In this document: in pieces, positions 8,383 through 17,247 of the stretch | Layout of the letters: every line of letters starts with the position of its first letter | How positions within the stretch are numbered: position 1 is the first letter of the stretch | Assembly (NCBI GenBank): GCA_016869315.1 | Contig: VGEM01000001.1 | Span: forward strand, 4,340 to 68,339 | Origin: Alphaproteobacteria bacterium | GTDB taxonomy: Bacteria; Pseudomonadota; Alphaproteobacteria; Rhodospirillales; Rhodospirillaceae | Reading direction: 5' to 3' | DNA length: 64,000 nt | Notes under the pieces: model-generated | What the model saw: only the letters and a program-made list of their open reading frames with translations | What the model was told of the DNA's origin: nothing | Database searches by the model: none | Position numbers and translations under genes: made by a program

Positions 8383-10377
8383 ATGGCAAGCGGACATCTC
8401 ATGCCTGCAAGGTCGCCTTTGCCCGATCCCGGGCTATCGTGGTCGCAGGCCCGCGTGCCGCGGTCGGACGTGTTTGACGACACCTATTATGCGCGCGAAG
8501 GCGGATTGGCCGAGAAGCGCCACGTCTTTCTGGGTGGCTGCCAACTTCCGGGCGGCTGGCGCGCGTCGCCGAACTTTGTCGTCTGCGAATTGGGATTCGG
8601 CACCGGTCTCAACTTCCTTTCGACATGGGATGCGTGGCGACGCACAAAGCCCTTGGGCGGACGCCTTCACTATCTTTCGGTCGAGGGCTATCCGCTGTCC
8701 CCCGACGATCTCAGAGAGTGCGTCGGCGCCTGGCCCGAGTTGCGCCAGGTGGCGTCGGGTCTGCTCGCCGCCTACCCGGTGCCGCAACGGGGATTTCATC
8801 GCGTTTTCCTCGACGGCGGACAGGTGATGCTGACATTGATGTTTGGCGACGTGGCCGACGCCTTGGCCGCGCTTGAGGCCGAGGTCGATGCCTGGTTCCT
8901 CGATGGTTTTTCGCCCGACCGAAATCCGGCCATGTGGTCGTCGACCGTCGCCGCCGAGATGGCGCGGATGTCGCGCCCGGATGCCCGACTTGCGACGTAT
9001 TCCGTCGCCGGAGATGTCAGGCGCGTTCTGACCGAGGCCGGCTTCGACGTACACCGCGCGCCCGGCTTTGGCGGTAAGCGTGGGATGCTGCGCGGGACAT
9101 TTCGCAAGAGCGCCGCCGTGTCTCGGCGGTTGCAGCCCTGGTTTGCCCATGCGCCGGCGGCGCGAATTCGGAACGGTAAGGCGGCCGTGATCGGCGCTGG
9201 CCTCGCCGGCGGAAACGTGGCGCGCGCCCTCAAGCGCCGGGGCTGGTCGGTCGCGGTCTATGACGCCGCCAACAAAATTGCGGCCGGGGCTTCGGAAATT
9301 GCGGCAGGCATCCTGATGCCGCGACTTACCGCTGCCCCCAATCTCGATGGCCGGTTCTACGCGGCGGCTTGGCGATTTGGGCTCGATACCTACGAGGACC
9401 TTGCCAACCACGGCCTGCCGTTGCTGCGCGATCGCGGCGGCGCACTGCAGCTCGCCGTCGACGCCGACGAAGACGCGCGCCAGCAAGGCATGATGTCCGA
9501 TCCGCCATTGCCGGAGCCTTACCTCTATCGCGTGTCGGCCAAGGAGGCGACCGAACTCGCCGGCGTGTCGCTTCGGCATCCCGCGCTCTTCTTCCCGCAC
9601 GGCGGCTGGCTTAGTTGCGAGCTGGCCTCCCGTGCGCTGCTCGATGGCATCGAGATGCGCCTGGGCGCGCGTGTTACCGGCGTCAAACGGCAGTCGGGTC
9701 AGTGGCAAGTGCTCGGCGATGGCGAAGCCGAGCTTGGCACGGCGGATATCGTCGTTGCCGCCAATGCGCTTGGCGCGGCCGCGCTTGATCCGCTGGGCTG
9801 GCTGCCGCTTCAGTCCCGCCGAGGTCAGGTCACCTGGGCGCGTCCTTCCGATGCGACGCGCAGATTGCATGCGGCCCTGGTGTTCGGCGGTTATTTGACT
9901 CCGGCTCATGGCGGCCGGCATTGCCTCGGGGCGACGTTCGACTGGGTCGGCGATCCGACGGCGCCATCGTTGCCCGACGACGAAAGCCATCATCGCAATC
10001 TTGCCGAGCTTGCCGCCGCCTTGCCCGGCCTCGACCTGCCGCCGCAGTCGGTTGTCGACGGCTGGGCGGCGGTGCGGTGCACAACGCTCGATCATCTGCC
10101 GGCTGCCGGCCCGGTCCCCGATGATCGCGCGTACCTCAAGGACTACGCCGAATTGCGCCACGGCCATCCCTGGGCTCGTTACGTCGATGCCACGTATCAC
10201 ACCGGCCTCTACACACTGGCCGGGCTTGGCGCCCGCGGCCTGGTGGCGGCGCCCCTCGCCGCCGAAATCGTCGTCAGCCACATTCTCGGCGATCCCTGGC
10301 CGCTTGAGCGCGATCTGGTCACCGCGCTGCATCCCGGCCGCTTTCTGGTGCGCGACTTGAAACGGCTGAGGGTCTGA
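8383..10377 (+). CDS. mnmC: bifunctional tRNA (5-methylaminomethyl-2-thiouridine) methyltransferase / FAD-dependent cmnm5s2U34 oxidoreductase MnmC
   Basis: N-terminal SDVFDDTYY, ELGFGTGLNFL and DAWFLDGFSP motifs (MnmC methyltransferase domain). The C-terminal half has the FAD-binding VIGAGLAGG (DAO-like). Start is uncertain (8350 GTG, 8383 or 8401 ATG). Confidence 0.85.
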   Translation: MASGHLMPARSPLPDPGLSWSQARVPRSDVFDDTYYAREGGLAEKRHVFLGGCQLPGGWRASPNFVVCELGFGTGLNFLSTWDAWRRTKPLGGRLHYLSVEGYPLSPDDLRECVGAWPELRQVASGLLAAYPVPQRGFHRVFLDGGQVMLTLMFGDVADALAALEAEVDAWFLDGFSPDRNPAMWSSTVAAEMARMSRPDARLATYSVAGDVRRVLTEAGFDVHRAPGFGGKRGMLRGTFRKSAAVSRRLQPWFAHAPAARIRNGKAAVIGAGLAGGNVARALKRRGWSVAVYDAANKIAAGASEIAAGILMPRLTAAPNLDGRFYAAAWRFGLDTYEDLANHGLPLLRDRGGALQLAVDADEDARQQGMMSDPPLPEPYLYRVSAKEATELAGVSLRHPALFFPHGGWLSCELASRALLDGIEMRLGARVTGVKRQSGQWQVLGDGEAELGTADIVVAANALGAAALDPLGWLPLQSRRGQVTWARPSDATRRLHAALVFGGYLTPAHGGRHCLGATFDWVGDPTAPSLPDDESHHRNLAELAAALPGLDLPPQSVVDGWAAVRCTTLDHLPAAGPVPDDRAYLKDYAELRHGHPWARYVDATYHTGLYTLAGLGARGLVAAPLAAEIVVSHILGDPWPLERDLVTALHPGRFLVRDLKRLRV

Positions 10378-10445
10378 CCTTGCGCGGCAATTGCCGGCTT
10401 GATAATCGGTCGGCTCGTTTGCCCTCGTCGATACAAATCGTCCTG

Positions 10446-11294
10446 ATGTTGAGTGTTGAGAAAATGTTACGCGTGCTTTGCGTGTTTTTCGTACTGGGCG
10501 CCGCGTACCCGGTCTCGGCGCAGAGCCTCGAGTCATCGTCCACCTGGTTGCAGGGCTTCGATGACTGGATCAGCGAATTGGCCGAGGTCAAGGCGACCGA
10601 TTTTCAGTATTCCATTGGCGCCGGCATGGGCGTCGCGCCCGACTATGCGGGGGGCGATAATTACAAGGCGCTCGGTCTGCCGTTGTTTCAGATCAGGCTG
10701 CGCGACACGCTGACGGTCGACCCCCTGGGGGTTCGCTTTCGGATTTGGCGCAGTGACTGTTGCCGATTCCGCTTATTTGCCGGCCTGTCCGAGAGTCGGG
10801 GCGCAGATGCCGACACCCCGGTCGCCAAACTGCCGGATGTCGATCGTGGCATGAATCTCGGCTTCGTATTCGAGGGACGCATCGTCGGGCCGTTGGCGTT
10901 TCGCTTGAACGGTCGCAAGGAAGTCGCCGGCGGCCACGGTGGCGTGACGATGTCGCCTTCGCTGGGCGTCATTCTCCGCACCAGCGACCAAAGGTATTCC
11001 GTGATCCCTGAAGTTGCGACGACGTGGGCCAACGGTCGATACATGAACGCCTTTTTTGGCGTGACGCCGGTGGGATCTGCGGCGTCGGGACTGGCGCCGT
11101 TCGCGGCGTCGAGCGGATTTCGCGAAGTGTCGCTGCGGCTGACGTCGACGTATCGCTTCAACGAGCATTGGACGATGATTGGCCGCCTCCAGGCGTCGCG
11201 GCTCACCGGCGATGCAAAGCAAAGCTCGATCGTTCGCCAGGCCGGCGACGAAGACCAGGGTTTGATCGGCTTCGGTTTTCTCTACACGTTCTGA
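10446..11294 (+). CDS. MipA/OmpV family outer-membrane protein
   Basis: Signal peptide (LRVLCVFFVLGAAYPVSAQS), then a beta-strand-rich sequence ending ...GFGFLYTF (C-terminal Phe). Matches MltA-interacting MipA-like proteins. Start is 10446 or 10464. Confidence 0.7.
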   Translation: MLSVEKMLRVLCVFFVLGAAYPVSAQSLESSSTWLQGFDDWISELAEVKATDFQYSIGAGMGVAPDYAGGDNYKALGLPLFQIRLRDTLTVDPLGVRFRIWRSDCCRFRLFAGLSESRGADADTPVAKLPDVDRGMNLGFVFEGRIVGPLAFRLNGRKEVAGGHGGVTMSPSLGVILRTSDQRYSVIPEVATTWANGRYMNAFFGVTPVGSAASGLAPFAASSGFREVSLRLTSTYRFNEHWTMIGRLQASRLTGDAKQSSIVRQAGDEDQGLIGFGFLYTF

Positions 11295-11385
11295 CGCCGC
11301 CACAATTCAACCTGAATCCGACCTCACATCCGCCGCGACCGGCCACCATCGTGAGATTACAGGGTCGCGCGTGACGGGGGCTGTG

Positions 11386-11526
11386 ATGCGGCGGGTGTTG
11401 TCTCTCTGGCCGGTTCAATTCGTTATATTGGCGGCGACGCTCGGCGTCGCCTTATGGGCTTGGGCTGAATTCACGCTGACGCCGTCGCTGGCGCCGGTAG
11501 CCGCTATCGTCATCGCCCAGCGCTGA
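11386..11526 (+). CDS. possible small membrane protein (46 aa)
   Basis: ATG 11386 to TGA 11524-11526 reads MRRVLSLWPVQFVILAATLGVALWAWAEFTLTPSLAPVAAIVIAQR. It is hydrophobic and below the 60-aa ORF-track cutoff. No homology recognised. Confidence 0.25.
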   Translation: MRRVLSLWPVQFVILAATLGVALWAWAEFTLTPSLAPVAAIVIAQR

Positions 11527-11532
11527 TCGAGA

Positions 11533-11766
11533 TCAGCGCGTGACGACGTTCGATTCGGCCGACGCCTCCACCAGCCGCGCCGCGAATTGAGGCTCGGAGA
11601 CCTCGCCCTCGACGACGATGGCGAGCCCGGGCGCGACGCTGCGCGCGACATGACGGCCGCTCGGCGGAGCGACGTCGGATAACGACATCTCGACCCACGC
11701 CAGCAATGAACCAGCGAGAGCCAGGGTGAACAGCGCGAGATGGAGGGAGGATCGATCTTGGGTCAT
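11533..11766 (-). CDS. hypothetical small exported/anchored protein
   Basis: 77-aa ORF with an N-terminal hydrophobic segment (LHLALFTLALAGSLLAWV). No family recognised. Confidence 0.35.
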   Translation of the reverse strand: MTQDRSSLHLALFTLALAGSLLAWVEMSLSDVAPPSGRHVARSVAPGLAIVVEGEVSEPQFAARLVEASAESNVVTR

Positions 11767-11970
11767 GTCTCTGTTTTCGGCCTTCTGACGGTCTGTGATC
11801 TAGGCAACTTCGCTTGCGAGGCTCGGTCTTCAGATCCTGAGGTCAGAGCCGGGGATCTTCGTCACTGGCGCGACGGGCGGAAACAGTGAAAAAGTCTCGA
11901 CTCTGGCCACAGGACCATTGGGCTCGTTCCTGACTGGCACCGGCCTTCCTTCGTCCGCGTCTCGGGAAAC

Positions 11971-12021
11971 CTTCCCCCGCCTGTCTGGCCACCCGTCGGT
12001 GATCCGGACGGGCGGGGGAAG
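11971..12021. other. 51-nt hairpin with perfect 11-bp outer arms
   Basis: CTTCCCCCGCC (11971-11981) pairs with GGCGGGGGAAG (12011-12021). There is an inner CCGTC/GACGG pair. No T-tract on either side. It sits inside a 510-bp stretch with no ORF of 60 aa or more. Confidence 0.5.
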
Positions 12022-12151
12022 AATGGGCTCTTGGTCATCGGGGTAGGAGTGACTCGTGGGCGATGACGCGAGAGCCTAACTCAGATGGTCTTCCTGAACA
12101 CGGTCTCTGGGTTGGCTGTGTGCACTAAGTTGCTACGCTCCTCTGAGTTTA

Positions 12152-12170
12152 CGTGGGAATGTTTCCCACG
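12152..12170. promoter_or_regulatory. palindromic operator candidate CGTGGGAA-TGT-TTCCCACG
   Basis: Perfect 8-bp arms. A near-identical second copy lies 62 bp downstream. Both are upstream of the 12278 gene. Confidence 0.5.
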
Positions 12171-12214
12171 AATTAGGGCATAATAGCGGTTGAAATGGGC
12201 GTGTCAAGAAAATT

Positions 12215-12231
12215 GTGGGAATTCTTCCCAC
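12215..12231. promoter_or_regulatory. palindromic operator candidate GTGGGAA-TTC-TTCCCAC (second copy)
   Basis: Perfect 7-bp arms with the same half-site as 12152-12170. It coincides with the GTG that the ORF track uses as a start, which argues for the downstream ATG at 12278. Confidence 0.5.
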
Positions 12232-12277
12232 GTTCTGCTATAACAGGCCCATCAAGCGAACCCGAGATCCAAGTTGC

Positions 12278-13150
12278 ATGGCTGAGTCGATTCCGCCGTC
12301 TGTGCCTAAAGCGTTGATTTCAGCGCTGAAAAGGATGTTCCGGCCGATCATCAAATTGTTGGTCGCCAAGGGGATTGGCCTGCCCGCGCTGATCGAAGTC
12401 TTGAAGGGCATCTACATCAGCGTCGCCCAGGAGGAGTTCCCGACCAACGGCCGGCGCACCACCGACAGCCGAATCAGCCTGTTGACCGGTGTTCACCGCA
12501 AGGACGTCAAGCGACTCCGCGAAGATGCTGACGAATCGTTTGTCGCGCCGCGTTCGATTGGCATTGGCGCCATGGTTATTGGCCGCTGGTTGGGATCCGC
12601 CCGTACCACCGATTTGCAAGGCGCACCGCTGCCGTTACCGCGCCACGCCGATCAGCCGGGCGGGCCTTCATTTGATGCCTTGGTCGAGTCGGTCTCGACC
12701 GACGTCCGGCCGAGGGCCGTGTTGGATGAGTGGCTGGCGCTTGGCATTGCCCGACTCGACGAAAAAGGCCGAGTCGTGCTCAACCGCGCCGCCTTCGTCC
12801 CCGAAAAGGGCCTTGATGAGAAGGCTTTTTACCTTGGTCGCAACGTCCACGATCACCTCGCCGCCAGCGTCCACAACGTCCTTGGCGGCGGCAACCCCAT
12901 GCTCGAGCGCAGCGTTCATTACAGCGGTCTGACCGACGAATCGGTCAAAACCATTGCCGAAACGGCGGAACGGTTGGGGATGCAGGCTTTACTGTCAATT
13001 AACCGCCTGGCGCTTGAGTTGGCCGACAAGGATAAATCCACCACCGACAAATCTTCGTTGGCTGGCGCCAAACGGGTCAATTTCGGCTTGTATTTGTTCC
13101 ACGGGGCCGCCACCTTGAACGGTGAGGCAAAGGACGATTCGGCCAAATGA
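12278..13150 (+). CDS. hypothetical protein, possible DNA-binding regulator (DUF6502-like; name from memory, unverified)
   Basis: ORF 12215-13150. The preferred start is MAESIPPSVPKALIS at 12278. The basic N-terminal segment (SLLTGVHRKDVKRLRE) could be an HTH. Four-base overlap with the downstream lipoprotein gene. Confidence 0.5.
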   Translation: MAESIPPSVPKALISALKRMFRPIIKLLVAKGIGLPALIEVLKGIYISVAQEEFPTNGRRTTDSRISLLTGVHRKDVKRLREDADESFVAPRSIGIGAMVIGRWLGSARTTDLQGAPLPLPRHADQPGGPSFDALVESVSTDVRPRAVLDEWLALGIARLDEKGRVVLNRAAFVPEKGLDEKAFYLGRNVHDHLAASVHNVLGGGNPMLERSVHYSGLTDESVKTIAETAERLGMQALLSINRLALELADKDKSTTDKSSLAGAKRVNFGLYLFHGAATLNGEAKDDSAK

Positions 13151-14340
13151 ATCAAAGGCCTATGAATCACGGGGCTGACAAAGTCAGAGGCTGGCTGAGC
13201 CGGGCCGCGAGCGGGTTGCTCGCGCTCGGTTTTTTGGCTGCCTGCGCGGTCGATAGCGTCACCGTTGTTCAGAACGACCCCAAGAACGGCGACGGGATTG
13301 GCGGGACCGGCATCAAGATGGCCGACAACCGCAATGGCGACGGCCTTGGCGGCACCGGCATCCTTGGCACCATCTCGGGCTTTGGCTCGATCATCGTCAA
13401 CGGCATGGAGCTCGAATACGACCGTGGCACCAAGGTTGAGATCGATGGCCGTCCGGCGTCGCTCGAAGACTTGAAGGTCGGCCAGGTCATACTCGGCACC
13501 GCCCGCACCAAGAACGGCGAGCTGTACCTCGACTCGATCGAGATGCTGCATGCGGTCACCGGGCCCATCGAAGCGATCAATCACGACACCGAGACCATGA
13601 CCATTCTCGGCCAGAAGATCCGACTCAACCTCGCCGGCGATGGGGCCGCCAAGGAATCGTTCAAGACCCTGACGATCGGCGACTCGGTTGCCGTGTCCGG
13701 TCTCAGAATGGAAGACGGCACGATCGTTGCCACGCGGGTCGATCAGCGCCCCGAGGACGGCCGATTGATCGTCCGCGGCATCGCACGCGGCGTGTCGGCG
13801 ACGTCGGTCACCGTCGGCGGACTGGACATTCCGATCGACGCGCAGACGACGATCTCGGCCGTGAAAGACGGCGGCCGTGTGTTCGCCTCGGGTCGCGTCA
13901 TCGGCGGCAAGTTCGTGCCCGAGGTGGTGATCGGATCGCCCGCCCTGCCGTTCGAAGCGGGCGTCAATAACGTCTCGCTCGAAGGTTACGTCCCGAGCGC
14001 GGCCGGTCCGACCATGATGATCGAAGGCGTCGCCGTCGCCGGCGCCACCCTGCCGGCCGGGACCACGGGGGGCGATCGCATCGTCGTCAACGGGCAGGTC
14101 AGCGGCGCCGATCGGGTCACGGCGTCGACCATCAGCCGCATCAAGACCGTGGTCACTATTCTCCGCGCCCGCGGCAGCATGCGCCCCGCCGCGGTGCGCC
14201 CGAACGACCCGAACCGGCCCGAGCGGATGCAGCAACCGGCGACGCCCACCCCCGCGCCCGAACGGCCCCAGCGCGAACGGCCGCAACGCGAGCGGCCTCA
14301 GATCGAGCGGCCGTTCGATTTCACCATGCCAATGGTGTAA
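13147..14340 (+). CDS. DUF5666 repeat lipoprotein
   Basis: Lipobox LAAC. Repeated blocks of the type G.I..I.....T.TILGQKIRL / DGTIVATRV are typical of DUF5666. The C-terminal tail has RPQRERPQRERPQIERP repeats. Confidence 0.6.
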   Translation: MNQRPMNHGADKVRGWLSRAASGLLALGFLAACAVDSVTVVQNDPKNGDGIGGTGIKMADNRNGDGLGGTGILGTISGFGSIIVNGMELEYDRGTKVEIDGRPASLEDLKVGQVILGTARTKNGELYLDSIEMLHAVTGPIEAINHDTETMTILGQKIRLNLAGDGAAKESFKTLTIGDSVAVSGLRMEDGTIVATRVDQRPEDGRLIVRGIARGVSATSVTVGGLDIPIDAQTTISAVKDGGRVFASGRVIGGKFVPEVVIGSPALPFEAGVNNVSLEGYVPSAAGPTMMIEGVAVAGATLPAGTTGGDRIVVNGQVSGADRVTASTISRIKTVVTILRARGSMRPAAVRPNDPNRPERMQQPATPTPAPERPQRERPQRERPQIERPFDFTMPMV

Positions 14341-14399
14341 TCGGGCCAATGGTGTAATCGGGCCAAAGGCGTGATTAGCGGGAAGGCGTGATTAGCGGG
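14329..14399. repeat. two adjacent perfect 17-bp tandem duplications
   Basis: CCAATGGTGTAATCGGG occurs twice (14329-14345, 14346-14362). AAGGCGTGATTAGCGGG occurs twice (14366-14382, 14383-14399). The first unit contains the TAA stop of the plus-strand gene. The last contains the TTA (TAA) stop of the minus-strand gene. Confidence 0.9.
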
Positions 14400-14829
14400 C
14401 CTTGCGCTTGAGTAACGCCAGGGCGCGGTCGTCCAAGAAGCACAGCGCTTCAATCTTGTTGCCGTCAGGATCGCGCACGAAAGCCGCATAGTAGTTGGGC
14501 GTGTATTCGGCCCTGATCCCCGGCTTCCCGTCGTCGCGGCCGCCAAGCTTCAGCGCCGCGCGATGGAATGAATCGACGGCGGCTTTGCTCGGCGCATTGA
14601 AGCAGACATGCACGCCGTTGCCGGAGCTGGCGCGCTTGCCGTCGAAGGGCTTCTGCGCCCAAAACGTCGGGAATCCCCGCCCCCAGGCGCAGCCGTAGGC
14701 TTCGTCGAAATAGAGCGTGAGCCCCAGCGGCTTCAGTGCCGCTGTGTAGAATTTCTTGGCTTTCGCCACATCTCGCACGCCGACCGAGACATGACTGATC
14801 ACCGGAGCCTTCGTCATGGCCGCCTCCAA
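14392..14829 (-). CDS. VOC (glyoxalase/bleomycin-resistance/dioxygenase) family protein
   Basis: ISHVSVGVRDVAKAKKFYTAALKPLGL and DPDGNKIEA motifs. The start may be MTKAP at 14817. Confidence 0.8.
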   Translation of the reverse strand: MEAAMTKAPVISHVSVGVRDVAKAKKFYTAALKPLGLTLYFDEAYGCAWGRGFPTFWAQKPFDGKRASSGNGVHVCFNAPSKAAVDSFHRAALKLGGRDDGKPGIRAEYTPNYYAAFVRDPDGNKIEALCFLDDRALALLKRKAR

Positions 14830-14841
14830 TTTGGGAACGGG

Positions 14842-15654
14842 CTATTTGGGAACAGGGATTATTCCGAGATCGGGCCGGTAGGTGAAGACCAGGCCACCGC
14901 CCGCTGTCGGACTGTTGGAAGAGAACCCGACCACGCCATAGATGTTGAGCGACAACCGGTCGGTCAGCTTAACGCTGAGATAGGTCGAGCCTTCTTGGGG
15001 GTCGGACAGACCGGCGATGGAACTCTGGCGATAGTCGAAGGCGATGCCGGTGGCGACCCGTTCGTCCCACATGTATTGCAGACCGGCGCTGGCAAAAATG
15101 GTGTCGCGCAGGACCAACGCAGCGCGCGATCCGTTGAACTTGTAGCCGACGCCAGCGAACGGCAGCAGATCGCCGACCGAAACCGAGGCATCGACCTGCA
15201 TCGTTACGTCGGCGCGGCCGGTCCCGAGCCCTTTCGTGAAGCTCGCCGTCGGAAGTTTCGCCCGCGCGGTGAAGTCGATGTAGGTGCCGCTGTCATAGAA
15301 CTGGTCGAGGGCATAGGTCGCCGAAACATTGAGATCGCCGACGCCGTTGACCTTGCGGTCGATTCCGGCGCCCAAGCTGCCGCCGCCGCCTCCGCCATCG
15401 AGAATCAGCGCGGGACCATCGACTTCCATCCAGGCGCCGGAGGCCTTCAACGTCCAGGCGCCGCGATTCGACTGCACCGTGACCGGCAAGTAGATAATGT
15501 CAGTCGGGGTGGCAGCACCGTATTTGCCGGAACTGTAGTCGAGCGATGTCGAAATGCGTGTCGACCAGACGAAATCCTGAAGCGAATCCTGGGCTGAAAT
15601 GGGCGCTGTCCACGCCAGCCCCGCCGCCGCCACAATCTTGATCGCACGTGACAT
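14842..15654 (-). CDS. outer-membrane beta-barrel protein (MetA-pathway/transporter-like; tentative)
   Basis: Signal peptide MSRAIKIVAAAGLAWTAPISAQD, then an alternating beta-strand pattern rich in Gly, Tyr and Asp. The family call is tentative. Confidence 0.5.
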   Translation of the reverse strand: MSRAIKIVAAAGLAWTAPISAQDSLQDFVWSTRISTSLDYSSGKYGAATPTDIIYLPVTVQSNRGAWTLKASGAWMEVDGPALILDGGGGGGSLGAGIDRKVNGVGDLNVSATYALDQFYDSGTYIDFTARAKLPTASFTKGLGTGRADVTMQVDASVSVGDLLPFAGVGYKFNGSRAALVLRDTIFASAGLQYMWDERVATGIAFDYRQSSIAGLSDPQEGSTYLSVKLTDRLSLNIYGVVGFSSNSPTAGGGLVFTYRPDLGIIPVPK

Positions 15655-15753
15655 CAAAGCCCCCGAAATGCCGGTGCACCATACCAAGATGCCGCGCCAA
15701 AGTATGGCTCGGTGCGCTTGTCAGCCCCGCGCGTCGATCGATAAGGTGACGAC

Positions 15754-17247
15754 ATGAAAACCGCGCCCGCCGTGCTGTGCGCCGTCATCCTGCAGGTGAC
15801 GGCCGCGACCGCCGCCGAGACGGTCAAGCTCGGCCTCGCTTCGCTGCCGCCCGGCAATGGCAATCCCTATACCTCGAGCGCGCGCACCAGCTGGTATACC
15901 TGGCGCGCCATGTTCGATGCCGTGACTCAGCTTGGTCCAAGAGTTGAACCGGTGCCGGCCTTGGCCCTGGCTTGGCGCAACACGTCGCCCACGACGTGGG
16001 TGTTCGATCTCCGCCCAGGCGTCACGTTCTCTAACGGCGAACCTTTCGACGCCGAGACACTGATTGCCACGTTCGCCTATCTGCAAAGCCCGGCCGCGAT
16101 CCAGGAATCGTCGGTCCGCGATATCGACAATATCGCCGGCGTGCGTGCGCTATCGCCGCATCAGATCGAGATCACGACCAAGACGCCCGACCCCATGTTG
16201 CCGCGGCAGATGGCGACCGTACCGATCGTCGCGCCCAAAGCGTGGAAGACGCTTGGCCGCGACGCCTTCGCCTTCAAGCCGGTCGGCACCGGGCCGTTCG
16301 CGGTCGAAAACTGGGGCGAAGCCAAAGTGACACTCGCCGCATTTCCGCAGTCCTGGCGAGCGCCGAAGTCCGAACGGCTGGAAATTCTGTCGCTGTCCGA
16401 AACCGCGACGCGCATTCAAGCGCTGGTTTCCGAGCAGGTTCATCTTGCCTCCGAGATCGGGGCTGAAGATGTCGGCTTGCTGAAAGAGGCGGGCTTCAAC
16501 ATCTATCAACGCCCCGCGTCGTCGGTTGAAGTCATCGCCATGCACGCCAAGGCCAGCACGCCCTTGGGCGATCCGCGGGTTCGGCTCGCGCTCAATCTGG
16601 CCATCGATCACCGCGCCATCACGGATGTTCTGGTCGGCGGTCTGGTCGAGCAGCCGACTCAGGTCACGCCGCGGACGAGCCCGGACTACAACCCCGATCT
16701 CAAACCTTATCCCTATGACCCGGCGCGTGCGAAAGCGCTGCTGGCCGAAGCCGGGTATGCCAAGGGATTCAAATTCACCATGATCGTCGCGGCCGGCACC
16801 GGCGGCGGTCATATGAACGCCAGCCGCGAGAAGATCGCCGCCGACCTTGCCGCAGTCGGTGTCGGGATGACGATCCGGTCCGTACCATGGTCCCAATATG
16901 TGAAAGGCATCTTGCAGGGCGAATGGCTGGGCGAGGCCTTTGGCTTCGAATACGAAACCCTGCCGACCGGCGATACATTGCGGCCATTCCGGCTGCACTC
17001 ATGTACGTGGCCGCATTCCTGGTATTGCGACGAAGCGACGCAGCCGTTGATCACCGAAGCCAAGACGACCTTCGATCCCGAGCGACGGCGTCAGCTGGTG
17101 CACCGGATTCTCGCCAACTATCATGAGAAAGCGGCGGCGATTCTGATGTTCGAGCAGCTTGGAATTGACGGGGTTAGTCCCAAGCTCGCCGGGTACAGTC
17201 AGATCAACGGCATCATTCCGTATCAGGAACTTGTGGTGAGCAAATGA
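15754..17247 (+). CDS. ABC transporter substrate-binding protein, family 5 (peptide/nickel/opine type)
   Basis: 497-aa ORF with a signal peptide and typical family-5 blocks (RPGVTFSNGEPFDAE, PVGTGPF, YPYDPARAKALLAEAGY). Confidence 0.85.
   Translation: MKTAPAVLCAVILQVTAATAAETVKLGLASLPPGNGNPYTSSARTSWYTWRAMFDAVTQLGPRVEPVPALALAWRNTSPTTWVFDLRPGVTFSNGEPFDAETLIATFAYLQSPAAIQESSVRDIDNIAGVRALSPHQIEITTKTPDPMLPRQMATVPIVAPKAWKTLGRDAFAFKPVGTGPFAVENWGEAKVTLAAFPQSWRAPKSERLEILSLSETATRIQALVSEQVHLASEIGAEDVGLLKEAGFNIYQRPASSVEVIAMHAKASTPLGDPRVRLALNLAIDHRAITDVLVGGLVEQPTQVTPRTSPDYNPDLKPYPYDPARAKALLAEAGYAKGFKFTMIVAAGTGGGHMNASREKIAADLAAVGVGMTIRSVPWSQYVKGILQGEWLGEAFGFEYETLPTGDTLRPFRLHSCTWPHSWYCDEATQPLITEAKTTFDPERRRQLVHRILANYHEKAAAILMFEQLGIDGVSPKLAGYSQINGIIPYQELVVSK

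Noticed and set aside
8434-10536. 700-aa minus-strand ORF
   Set aside because: It is antisense to mnmC, Arg/Ala/Gly-rich, and has no recognisable domain. This is a shadow ORF.
12919-14349. 476-aa minus-strand ORF
   Set aside because: It is antisense to the DUF5666 lipoprotein gene and has a low-complexity Arg/Asp/Gly composition.
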